A program made the translations under genes and the position numbers. DNA of 64,000 nucleotides from Octopus bimaculoides. Its lineage: Eukaryota. The stretch spans positions 53,103,097 to 53,167,096 of the forward strand of contig NC_068998.1 in assembly GCF_001194135.2 (NCBI RefSeq), written 5' to 3'. The notes under the pieces were generated by a model. That model worked only from the letters and a program-made list of their open reading frames with translations. It had not been told where the DNA came from and did not search any database. Positions 14,939-25,600 of this stretch are shown here, in pieces; positions within the stretch are counted from its first letter, which is position 1; every line of letters begins with the position of its first letter.

Positions 14939-15655
14939 CATTTATTGGCCTCAAGTTAGCCTCTATTTGAAGCAATGCATCCGTCCAGAGTCTTCTTCCA
15001 CTGTCCGAAACAGTCCTGGAACTCTTGCGGAATGATGCATTTTACGACTCCGTCGTTTTTTTCTTCACCACTTCCACATTTGCAAATTTCGTTCTACCCA
15101 TTTTCCTCAGCTGCAGTGACCTTGGAAAAAGTCCGGATGAACTTCCAACTGTTCTTTCATTTCACAACACGCTTTCAGTGATAACTGCTTTTCTTCTTCG
15201 TGAGCAGAAACTTTGCTCCAATTTTTTTCATTTGCTATTCCGCGTTGAAAATTTTTTAGCCGGAGCTCCAGGACACACTAGTTATATCAACAGTTTCGTC
15301 AAATCTTCAGCAGCTGTCCTCCACGATTAGTTCTTGAATTTTCATTGTTTTCATTCATCCTGGAAGTCGACGGTCGCCTTGAACGAGATTGGGCATCAAA
15401 CGACAATTCTTTATGCATGGAAACAACTCGTAAACTTGTTTTCTCTTTCACTCATGGCAGGGTCTTTGTAATCTGTTTGAAGTATGACAAGTGTCTTACC
15501 AGCCGTTTTCCTTAGCAGAAAACAGAATTGCACGGAAGCATGGGGTTACTTCGTTTCGGCTACTTCGTTTCACGCTACCGGCTTAAACTGGTAGCTGCAT
15601 TATATAGTAAGAAATCTAGAGGATTATAGTTCAAACACTTTTTGAACAATACTAT
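14939..15655 (-). mobile_element. Mariner transposon remnant with internal deletion of the catalytic domain
   Basis: Minus strand gives ASVQFCFLLRKTAGKTLVILQTDYKDPAMS (HTH region) and EEEKQLSLKACCEMKEQLEVHPDFF. Near 15105 it jumps to the C-terminal KFANVEVVKKKTTE..IPQEFQDCFGQWKKTLDGCIASNRG. TIR-like GTATTGTTCAAAAAGT lies near 15640-15655. Many stops and frameshifts. Confidence 0.85.
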
Positions 15656-16697
15656 GCTGCATCATAACTGGACCAGGGGTCAAAATAAAAACTTCATACA
15701 AGTTGCATTTACTAAATATAAGAAAATAAGCAGTTGTTTTAGCGCCGCAAGTTATATTGAGCCGCCATAATGTCAATTGTAAACGCAATAGTCATAACAG
15801 ATAGAGAGAGCATTAAAAGCAATGCAGTAATTTCATAGACAATACTAAGACTTAGATAAGACGATTTAATATGTCGATGTAATAAACAATAATCGTATAC
15901 ATAGCAAAGGATTTATCAGATAAATTTGAACAAGTCTCTGAATTAATCAATTCTTAGTTTACATAGCTATTGTTGCAGACGATGGCCGATAATATGTGAC
16001 TATAATTAATATGAAACATTCTGTATTGTGCAACAGGGTATGATACATAACCTGGAAAAGAACACAAATGTTATGTAATGAAAAGTTATTTGTGAATCCC
16101 CACCCCATTCTACTATTTACTTATTTTGTTCGAGTCATTGTAATGAGAAACGAAATCACTCCCAGTGGGTTTACAGAATTTAGATGAATATTAATTCGAC
16201 GCTTTAACGTTCTTGCCATCACGAGGGAAATTTTAAATGTAGCATATTAAATATTCATAAAATTCGGAGCCATATAACTTACTGCTACGTAGGGTTAACT
16301 TGTTCTTATTATTGATATTTGTCATTAATACATCTCTGGTATGCAGCATTTCAAATGTGACCATTCTGTGACGACGAATAAAATGTCAAATAAATCTTAC
16401 TTCTTTTCGTTAAGATGGCAGAGTACGATATCAATAATGCAGGGTGTTCAAAACCTTTCTGCAGTAAGTATTTAATGGTTTTCGGGCGATTCCTGTACTT
16501 GCTCGCCAGAAAACAAAAGACTGGCAGTGTTAAATCAAATTATCTTGGTGGCCAAAGACCCTTCGAAATAATCTGCTCAGCGAAAAACTCTTGAAATAGC
16601 GCCATGGTGATCCACAGGATGAAACAAAATCACTGCCACGAGACATTTTGACCACACTACATTATTTACTAAAAGAATTTCATAAAAAAACAATTCA

Positions 16698-17679
16698 GGC
16701 TCCAGATGGATTATATGTAATCTGAACATTTACCCCATTATTTTATTTTTTTTACGGAATCCCACGTTCTAGGCTATGGAGATTCCGATTCTGAAAAATA
16801 ATTTCGAAAATCTCAAATTCAAAATTTCGATTTGCCACCCCCACCCTCACCCCATTTCCTCATTTTCAAATATTTTCCGGNNNNNNNNNNNNNNNNNNNN
16901 NNNNNNNNNNNNNNNNNNNNNNNNNNNNNNNNNNNNNNNNNNNNNNNNNNNNNNNNNNNNNNNNNNNNNNNNNNNNNNNNNNNNNNNNNNNNNNNNNNNN
17001 NNNNNNNNNNNNNNNNNNNNNNNNNNNNNNNNNNNNNNNNNNNNNNNNNNNNNNNNNNNNNNNNNNNNNNNNNNNNNNNNNNNNNNNNNNNNNNNNNNNN
17101 NNNNNNNNNNNNNNNNNNNNNNNNNNNNNNNNNNNNNNNNNNNNNNNNNNNNNNNNNNNNNNNNNNNNNNNNNNNNNNNNNNNNNNNNNNNNNNNNNNNN
17201 NNNNNNNNNNNNNNNNNNNNNNNNNNNNNNNNNNNNNNNNNNNNNNNNNNNNNNNNNNNNNNNNNNNNNNNNNNNNNNNNNNNNNNNNNNNNNNNNNNNN
17301 NNNNNNNNNNNNNNNNNNNNNNNNNNNNNNNNNNNNNNNNNNNNNNNNNNNNNNNNNNNNNNNNNNNNNNNNNNNNNNNNNNNNNNNNNNNNNNNNNNNN
17401 NNNNNNNNNNNNNNNNNNNNNNNNNNNNNNNNNNNNNNNNNNNNNNNNNNNNNNNNNNNNNNNNNNNNNNNNNNNNNNNNNNNNNNNNNNNNNNNNNNNN
17501 NNNNNNNNNNNNNNNNNNNNNNNNNNNNNNNNNNNNNNNNNNNNNNNNNNNNNNNNNNNNNNNNNNNNNNNNNNNNNNNNNNNNNNNNNNNNNNNNNNNN
17601 NNNNNNNNNNNNNNNNNNNNNNNNNNNNNNNNNNNNGGGGGGGGGGAAGATTCAGATTACATATAGTTCATCTGGACCC
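16698..17679. mobile_element. Non-autonomous TIR element (MITE-like) spanning an assembly gap
   Basis: Left end ggctccagatggattatatgtaatctgaacatttacccc and the reverse complement of the right end (gggtccagatgaactatatgtaatctgaatcttcccc) form ~35-bp TIRs. Confidence 0.7.
16881..17636. other. Assembly gap (N run)
   Basis: Run of n characters. Confidence 0.99.
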
Positions 17680-17793
17680 ACTTCAGTTTCGGTTTCAGTC
17701 ATTGAGACCTTTTCAAGTCTAAGTATGAAAAACAATTAAATTTTGGAAAAATTAAATGAAAAGTTTTTAAAAAGAATATTTGCATAGTATTCA

Positions 17794-18293
17794 AATACAA
17801 GGGGCATTTTCCTTCTTTCTGCCTGTCTCTGTCTTTCTTGTTTACTTGTGTGGATTCGAGGTCGTTGTGAATTCTTGGCAGGGAAGAGGAAGTGGAGAAA
17901 TACGGGAGTGCCATGATAGTAGCAGGATGTCAAATGGTCACGTGCCGTGACAGTGAATTGTTGTGGTTGGTAGTAGTGATTGAATTCTTGAGACATCTCT
18001 TTCTCCTCCTCCTTCGTCTTCTTCCTCTCCGCCACCTCCTTCCTTACTTTACTACTGCTGCTGTTTATTATAACACCTACGCAAATTTTATAGACACTGC
18101 ATTCAAAAGAGATATATCAAGAATTCAATCACTACTACTAATCTACAAGTCACTTTCAGGGTACATCCTACTACTATCATGGCACCCTCGCATTCTTCTT
18201 CTTTTTCTTCTTCTCTGCCAAGAATTCACAACGACCTCAAACCCACAGGAGAGACAGAGGCAGGCAGAAAGAAGGAAAATAGCCCCTTGTATT
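17794..18293. mobile_element. Foldback/MITE with ~200-bp inverted arms, TA-flanked (Tc1/mariner-like)
   Basis: 17794-18000 is the reverse complement (with indels and transitions) of 18108-18293. Ends read TA|CAAGGGG...CCCCTTG|TA. The spacer is ~105 bp and pyrimidine-rich. Confidence 0.85.
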
Positions 18294-19060
18294 CATTGAG
18301 TTCATTAATATTATTCAGAGCAGTTTAATTTTATATCCAATGCCATTAAAGTTGTGATTGGTATATTTGATAAGATAGAGTTAAAGTAAGTTAATTATTT
18401 GAAAGAGAATACCACTTCGGAGGTTTGTCTCTCAAATCAACGTTGTTTTCTTTAGCATGAGGTTACAATAAATATGGTTCGACCTTAGATACACGGCCAG
18501 TGTACAGTGCTGAACTTTCTACTAAGAGAACTAGTGTCTTATGTGCAGTGAGTTAAACTGAAACAAGTGGGATTAAATGTCTCTTTCAATAATACAATGG
18601 AACATCAGTGAAAGGTTATGAAGTCACGAACTAATGAATAGTTAATCAAATATACAAAACATTTAGTCATTGTTTCGTTTCTATAATTTTATATCAAAGA
18701 ACGACTTTAGCATGAATATAACTGAAGTTTTCAGCCAGGAGGGTATTGATAGTATGTTAATATACGTCCGTTTACTCCAATCTAAACTTTAAAGCTTTAA
18801 GGCAAATACTTCTACGTCGTCAATTAAGAACTTCGCTTCAGAGAATAACTAAATTTATAATCGGTTCCTTAATCAATTATTGATGAGAGGAATATAAAGC
18901 AAAATACGTAATTTTTTGGCAGTGTCATATTCAAACCAGGATATACATCGTTGTCGAGGGAAAGTAGTGAGATCTCGCCGTCTCGGGTAAATTATATGGA
19001 TTTATAAAAGGGCTGCCATGAAGCTAAGAAAAATAATCCAGTATTACAGACAAGCACAAT

Positions 19061-19448
19061 TTTTCTCTTTTACTTGTTCAGTCATTAGTGTGAGAGCATT
19101 CTGGAGCACCACCTTGAAGAATCCTTTAGTTGAACGAATCGACTCCAGTATTTGCTGTTTTTGAAGACTGGTATTTATTCTGTTGTTCTATTTATCCAAA
19201 GTGGTACGTTACGGGGTCACTAACTCACCATTCTCGGTTGTAAATCAGGGGTCGTGGACAGAAGCACACACAAAAAAAACATACATATATTTGATGGGTT
19301 TCTTTCAGTTTCCATCTATCAAATCCACTCAGAAGTCTTTGGTCGGCCCGAGATTATAGTACAAGACCCTTGTCCAAGGTGCTAATCAGTAGGACTGAAC
19401 CAGGAACCATGTGGTTGGGAAGGAAACTTCTTACCACACAGACATGCA
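19061..19448 (-). mobile_element. SINE family B, near full length (tRNA-derived head)
   Basis: Minus strand reads tgtgtggtaagaagtttccttcccaaccacatggttcctggttcagtcc...ttggacaagggtcttgtactataatctcgggccgaccaaagac...aaactgaaagaaaccc. Homologous to 21223, 35232, 50070 and 55800. Confidence 0.87.
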
Positions 19449-20306
19449 TATACAGAAGAGATATAACAAAATTTCAGTCCGATTCTCACAGGTCTAAATC
19501 GAATTAAATAAGATTCATTCTGAAGAAAAGTTCTCGAAATGAGATATCAGTACATCTCCTACCCCAGGGGCAATCAGTGACGTGTATCAAAATTATAAAT
19601 CTTCATACACTTTTAGACAGAAGGCTAAATGAAAAACATATTCGTCATAATAAGAGACTAAGCACGAGAGCAGAATTATTTCTAATAAAATTAAATTAAT
19701 ACATTTGGGTTTATACACAAGTAATTCGTTGCGCCGAGAAGCCATTAGGACTCGAATTAATATATAGTGTAAGTTGCTTTGCTCTCAGGTTTTGATTTAA
19801 TTTCAAATGTATTCTAAAACCATAAAGTGTTAATAGGTATGCTCAAGAAGTGCTACAAGGAAACTAATTCATATTCAACATAATTCTTTCTGACTTCTAC
19901 AACACAAAGAACGTGCGTTAAACCCCTAAGGTTTTCTCTTCAATTTTGATTTATTTATCCGGGCCGTGTATGACTATTTTCTGAAATACAGAGAAATACG
20001 ATTTCTTTGCTGTTTCGATGATGGTATACAACCAATTAAATGCGTAATTCAGCTTGGGGACCATTAGCAGTTGACTTGTAGAAGACGTAAGTCACGCCGA
20101 AACGTATGTTTAACTGTCTGTGTGCTTATACGTACATATATGTACATATGTATGTACATTTGTGTATATATAACTATAGATGTATTTAAGATGAGATACA
20201 TCGAAACCAGTAATATTTTCTTTAAATCATTTTTAAAATTATTTCTATTGAATTCACTCATAAATTGAAATGTCTTATACTTACTTCCGTGGTATTTCCA
20301 CCCCCG

Positions 20307-20344
<38 letters not shown>

Positions 20345-21222
20345 AGCTAAAGTATTTTAAGGTCGAGGCAATGCCAAGCGAAATAGAAGATTAGGCAAGA
20401 CATGTACTTCTTTGTCATTTTGGAGAGAGAGAGAGACTTTGTACGTGTGAGTATAGAATAGGTAGCAGATTTAGAATTATCTATTGAAGTGGATTTCCTC
20501 GACTAAACCCTTGAAGATGCTACCCGATCTTGGTCGCATTCCAGCGAATGAATCGCCTTAAAGATGAGATCAACACATGTTGATAGGTCTCTGATCATCT
20601 GGAATAAGCGCAGGTAAATATCACCATATAATAAGCCGCACTAATTACTATCCGTAAACTGCATTGGCTTCGTGCGTCTTGCCAAAGCCAAGGAAGCAGA
20701 GTCAGAGTGTATTATAGTGGGATAACTGAAGCAGAGTAGCTTATTGTATTTGAGAACACTTAGCGTCTCGTGTACATTCTCATATGAGTTAAGAGCTCCC
20801 TAAACATTTTGATATACTATGTAGATGAAATATAGAATTGTGAAGGAAGCGATGCAGAAAAAATGCAAAAATGGAAGGGATCACATATTACATATGAACT
20901 CTTAATTAATTAATTAATTTCAAGATAAAGATATTAAAATTCAATATCACTGAGTGGAATCTTTTAATTAATACCATTAATTAAACTTTTCACTACAATT
21001 AGAAATAATTGCTTGCAAAGATTTAAGATTATCAAAACTAAACCTGATATATTATAAGACATTATAAATCGGTGTGAAACTAATGAAAACTTTAAAAGAG
21101 TTTCCAGCAATGCAAGAATAATTGCAAGACTAAGAACATGTTTTATCTTTATGAAGTATATTTAATTTACAGTTAAAGTGGATCACGTATGACGTAGCAC
21201 AATTCTGTACATATTAACACAC

Positions 21223-21580
21223 ACATGGCTCTGTGGTAAGTAGTTTGCTTCTCAAATATATGGTTCCGGGTTCAGTCTCATTGCGTGGACGCTAGGGCAA
21301 TTGTTTTCCACTATAGCCTTGGGCTCACCAAAGGTTTGTGAGTGAATTTGGTTGAAGAAAACTGAAAGAAGCTCGTGGTTTGTGTGTCTGTATATCTCTT
21401 CGTATCTGTTTGTCTACGACCACCGTTTGTAATCCGGTGTTGGTATTTTACGTCCCCATAACTTCGAGACTACCAGAGTAAGTACGACGCTTCAAGAAAG
21501 ACGGTTTGTGGTCGGTTCATTAGACCAACATTGTTAAAGGCGATGCCTCAGGATAGCCGTGGTCTAATGACTGAAATAAA
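21223..21580 (+). mobile_element. SINE family B, near full length
   Basis: ggctctgtggtaagtagtttgctt...ggttccgggttcagtc (B-box-like)...actatagccttgggctcaccaaagg...aaactgaaagaagctcg...taatgactgaaataaaa. Confidence 0.87.
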
Positions 21581-21625
21581 ACACATACACACAGACGTAC
21601 GCATGCTTGTATGTATGTATGTATG

Positions 21626-21675
<50 letters not shown>

Positions 21676-23350
21676 CTGCTTATTCATTAGGTATGTAGCA
21701 ATTATTAAAAATACTAACAAAAGGAATATTAAAAGCTTTACCGTCTGGAAATATTTTTATTCATTCATGTTCTAAGAAGTTGCCTATTATTTCGATTTCT
21801 GAAGTTTATTGAAGTTTAATTTTTTTATATATAAAAGTTACCTCCACGCGGTGGTACTACCCTATGGTCTTCTCACGTTAAGATGTCACTTCATAAGCTT
21901 AAACAGCTGTATGTTTTATAATTCGTTTATGAATATCTAAATATAACACCTTATCTACACAATGCACGTATGTGTGTTTCATACTTCCTGATACAAGGTA
22001 GAGAAAATTTCAATGCATTCTATCTTACATAATGTATCATAGTTTAGAGATATTTTTCTCTATATTTTCATCGTAATAGCTTAATCAATAATATATTTAT
22101 CCTAATTTTCTTTAGATTTCATTGAAACACGTATCTGCGAAATTCAGTTTAGTTGTAGTTATTGCTTTATTTTATGGAACATAACTTAAAAACTGATATA
22201 CCATTTAGATTTGAATGTAAATAGGGATTGCTAATATCTTCGTTTTGATAAAAGAGCTTTGTTTCCTAATTAAAATCAATAGATATTTTCCGTATTCTAC
22301 CCTTTTCTCTCTATTTTATTGCATTGAGTAATTTTTGAACTTACGAATTTCTTATCTTCACAAATGTTGTTTTATATATTTTAATCCAAGAAAGGAAAGA
22401 ACTCGACAGTAAAATGCTGCTCTTCCTTTAATAGATTTAATGGAATTTTTTTCAAGATATTTCTTCCAGATAATTTTCGCAATTCTATTCCAGAAGATGT
22501 AAAGTCAGAAACAGAGCTAAAAAATAAACATTTTCTAACGTACACGTGCATAAACATTTCTAAATCCATTCTACATTTGCCTAACGTTTACGACAAAAAT
22601 TAATAAATGATAAAAACAAAATTTAAAATATAATATGCTTATTTCTTTTCTTTTTAATTTTCAAAATACGATTATTAAATTGAAGGCAATATCTTCTGTA
22701 AAGTAGATTTCCTGTATGCAACTGATAATATTTTCTCAATTCTGACTTACTACTTCGTAAAATAATAAGTTATATTTGAAGTGGTACACCGAAACCACAA
22801 TATGTGGAGGAAGAATAGACTCACCGTACCGTCAACTATCTTTCTTCAAACACGACAACATACTTTCTCTTTCAAGTTAGATTTTGTTCGATAATCAACT
22901 CCAAGGATGAGAGATAACACTAAAACCTTCCCTTACATTGTTACTATGACCCAGCCATTTCAGATCTCTGTAGATTTTTACGAAAGAAAATATGTAGAAA
23001 AATAAAAATGCAGCACGTGGGCAGAAGACCTCTTGTAATCATTTTCTATGAAACATACACGCGCGCGCACATACAAAGTCGCGTACTTGCGCACACATTT
23101 ACTTCGCCCCCACAAACATATTCTCATATATACATATATAAACAGGTATAAATAGAAATGGCCATAATTTTCATATTTTTTCAACATATAAGTATCAGTG
23201 TTTCTGTGTATGGTCTGCGTTTACGTGCGGCTGCGTGGCATGTGGGTGTTTGCCTGTGTGTGTCTACTGAGTATGTGTAGTTCTAGAAGTCCATACTATT
23301 AAACCCATTGAATACACATTTTTTGAAGGAAAAGCCGAGAACTACGACAA

Positions 23351-23424
23351 TATTATGGGACATAAGTGTCCCATATGTATTATAAGACACATATGTCCCG
23401 TAAGTATTATGGGACATATACACC
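23351..23424 (+). repeat. Tandem repeat of a 27-bp internally palindromic unit (~2.7 copies)
   Basis: Units: tattatgggacataagtgtcccatatg / tattataagacacatatgtcccgtaag / tattatgggacatatacacc. Confidence 0.8.
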
Positions 23425-23427
23425 TCT

Positions 23428-23858
23428 GTGAAGGTAATGTTGAACCGCTTCTTTGACTCCAGAAGACCAGTCAATAAAGCCTACTCCCTGGCGGATATAC
23501 ATCGCCTTCGTGACGCTGTGAGTAGAAAGCGACCGGAGATGTAGGCGGTGAAGAATTGGTAACTTCACCGCGACAATGCACCCGTTCATTCTGCCTACAT
23601 AATCCAAGCTCTCCTGGTCAAAAGCGACAAATCACTTCTTCAACATGTTCACTACGCTCCCGACTTCTGTTTCTTGCCCAGTCTTCAAACCACGCTGAAA
23701 CTAAAGCGACTGGTGTCGCAAGAGGAAATGATGAGAAACGCGACGGCCGAACTCAAGGCCATTTCAGAGAAGGTATTTCAGAGTTGTTACCACCGCAGAA
23801 GGGACCCCTGGGAGAAATATATGGGGGCACCCAAGAGTTATAATTTGAAGGTGATTAA
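23428..23858 (+). pseudogene. Mariner (D,D34D) transposase pseudogene, C-terminal half
   Basis: Reads VKVMLNRFFDS..RLRDAVSRKRPEM*AVKNW*LHRDNAPVHSA..HYAPD-FCFLP..EEMMRNATAELKAISEKVFQSC..FEGD*. This covers the second-D (HxDNA) and YSPD regions, with stops and frameshifts. Confidence 0.9.
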
Positions 23859-23891
23859 ATGAAATTCTTGAAATGTTCAAAACTGTTCTTT

Positions 23892-24100
23892 CATGACGAC
23901 GATGATGATGATGATGACGACGACGATGAGGGTGATGAGGATGGTAATGACGAAGATGATGACCGATGAAGCATGCGAAGGACATGATAGTAGTCGCAAT
24001 GTTTGTTTTGTAAGTGACAGTTTTCGAACCAAATTGAGTTTGAGTTGAAGAGGGAAATTGGTGATGACGACGATGATGTTGATGATGATGATGATGAAAA
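23892..24100 (+). repeat. Imperfect (GAT/GAC)n trinucleotide tracts
   Basis: gacgacgatgatgatgatgatgacgacgacgatgag... runs are visible directly. Confidence 0.9.
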
Positions 24101-25377
24101 CGAGAGGAGGAGAAAAGAAAACGACTTGCAATAGAAAGAAAACGAAGCCTGAATTTCATTGAACAGATAACAGTGTTACATATATGCAAATAATATTCAG
24201 AAGGCTGCTGGTTAGATTATCAACATATTTCAAATGATTTACGTAAGAAATGTCCACAATGCTATCAACATTTCCTGCGGAACATTCTTTTTTTTTTTTA
24301 ATTCTCTGATTTTTTTATAAGTTTTATTTAATTCCAAAATCTCCCTTCGTTAATTCCGTCTTTTGTTTGCTGCTGGATCAACATTTTCCTTTTCAATGTG
24401 CCAAAAATTAAATTGCTAGATTTGAAATCGCATGCAAATAAATTACCGATTCTAATTAAAATACACGCCCCTATCTTTCCGGATGAGTGAAATGATGAAA
24501 TGGTCGATTCATATAGAGTTCTAGTGAGAGTAATCTTAATTCTGCTGGTGACCGTATTTTTGATTGGAATAGTAAATTATTCTTTCCTGAAATCTGTTTA
24601 CATCATTTAATAAAGAAAAATAATTCCATCGTTGAGACTAAAGAGAAGACGGATTTACTACAATATTAGCTTCATATTCTGTGCTAATATTAGAAAAATA
24701 TCATGAAATCCTGTCTAGCTTTGCTGTCAGGTTTTGTGGATAAATTTGTTTACGAAGTGGACTGAAATATATTTTTAAATGAGCAGAGTGTAATTAAAAA
24801 TATCAATTTTCTTGTTAACTGGTGGATGTTGTTTAATTCTCTTTAAGAAACATCAAAACTTCATTAACTATATTTGTCGAATTTGGAAGTAATTTGTTGG
24901 ATGCAATGAAACAAAGTGCATAACATGCTCTAAGACAAACTGTGTGACAGAATAGTAAAGACACTGTATGTCTTAACTTATAATGATTCAAATAGTCTTG
25001 AAATGTGTTTTAATGAAATTGTAATAATTTTGCTATAACCGTAGCTAATTGCTTCCACATAACAATAATGTACGTACTACCAGTTGGCACTTGCCTGATG
25101 AGGCGTTGCATGGTGACTATTGTCTGGTAACGTTGACATTTTTATTACAATATTAAAATATCCGTTTAATGTTGTTGAATAACTCTAGTGATATCGCTCT
25201 CATTGAAATATTTTGAAGCAAAACGGTTGAAGTGTCGCAAAGTCAACATTATTAATGATAGAGAAGGCAATATTTTCTAATTCAGCTTTTTGAAAATGCA
25301 GTTGATTGTTGAAACATTATACAAATGGTAGCTTAAATGCATTGATATTCCCTGTAATATATTGGCTTCAAATTTAG

Positions 25378-25449
25378 GTCACTGCCTGGAATCGAACTCG
25401 GAATCTTGGGGTTAGTAACCCGCGCTCTTAACCACTACACGATATGCCC
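25378..25449 (-). mobile_element. tRNA-derived SINE head (not a functional tRNA)
   Basis: Minus strand: gggcatatcgtgtagtggttaagagcgcgggttactaaccccaagattccgagttcgattccaggcagtg. It has an A-box-like TGTAGTGG and B-box GAGTTCGATTCC, but T and anticodon stems are incomplete and there is no acceptor stem. Confidence 0.72.
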
Positions 25450-25454
25450 GACAA

Positions 25455-25600
25455 CGAAAAATACCTGAGGAATGAGAACGCAGGTTCAAAACTTTCCCAA
25501 GACACCTGAAGAAGGCTGGAGGGTATATCAGTCACACGTTGTGTTAATGTTAACAACAAACAAGATGAGGACGTATATATTCAGAGAAATGAGTTTATTT
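25455..25600 (+). mobile_element. Penelope-like-element terminal segment with a disabled minimal hammerhead motif (25501-25545)
   Basis: gacac-CTGAAGA-a-ggctg[gagggtatat]cagtc-ACAC-GTT-gtgtt. Stems I and II pair, but the GAAAC core is altered. Confidence 0.5.

Noticed and set aside
14975-15330. Plus-strand ORFs of 68 and 101 aa
   Set aside because: They are antisense to the mariner remnant.
16776-17722. Two 296-aa ORFs in the ORF track
   Set aside because: Almost entirely X from the N-gap; the same applies to the ORFs at 29637-30065.
17892-18299. 135-aa ORF with hydrophobic stretches
   Set aside because: It lies wholly inside the foldback element and its low-complexity spacer.
23351-23424. 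CRISPR-like palindromic repeat array
   Set aside because: Units are directly adjacent with no spacers, there are no cas genes, and the context is eukaryotic.
25095-25135. Other CTGATGA or GAAAC half-motifs (25095, 20079-20106, 52146-52165, 59946-59970)
   Set aside because: They lack the second core segment, a valid NUH triplet or stem I pairing, so they cannot be distinguished from chance.
25378-25449. Possible tRNA-Ser(ACT) gene
   Set aside because: Acceptor, T and anticodon stems do not pair fully; treated as a SINE head.
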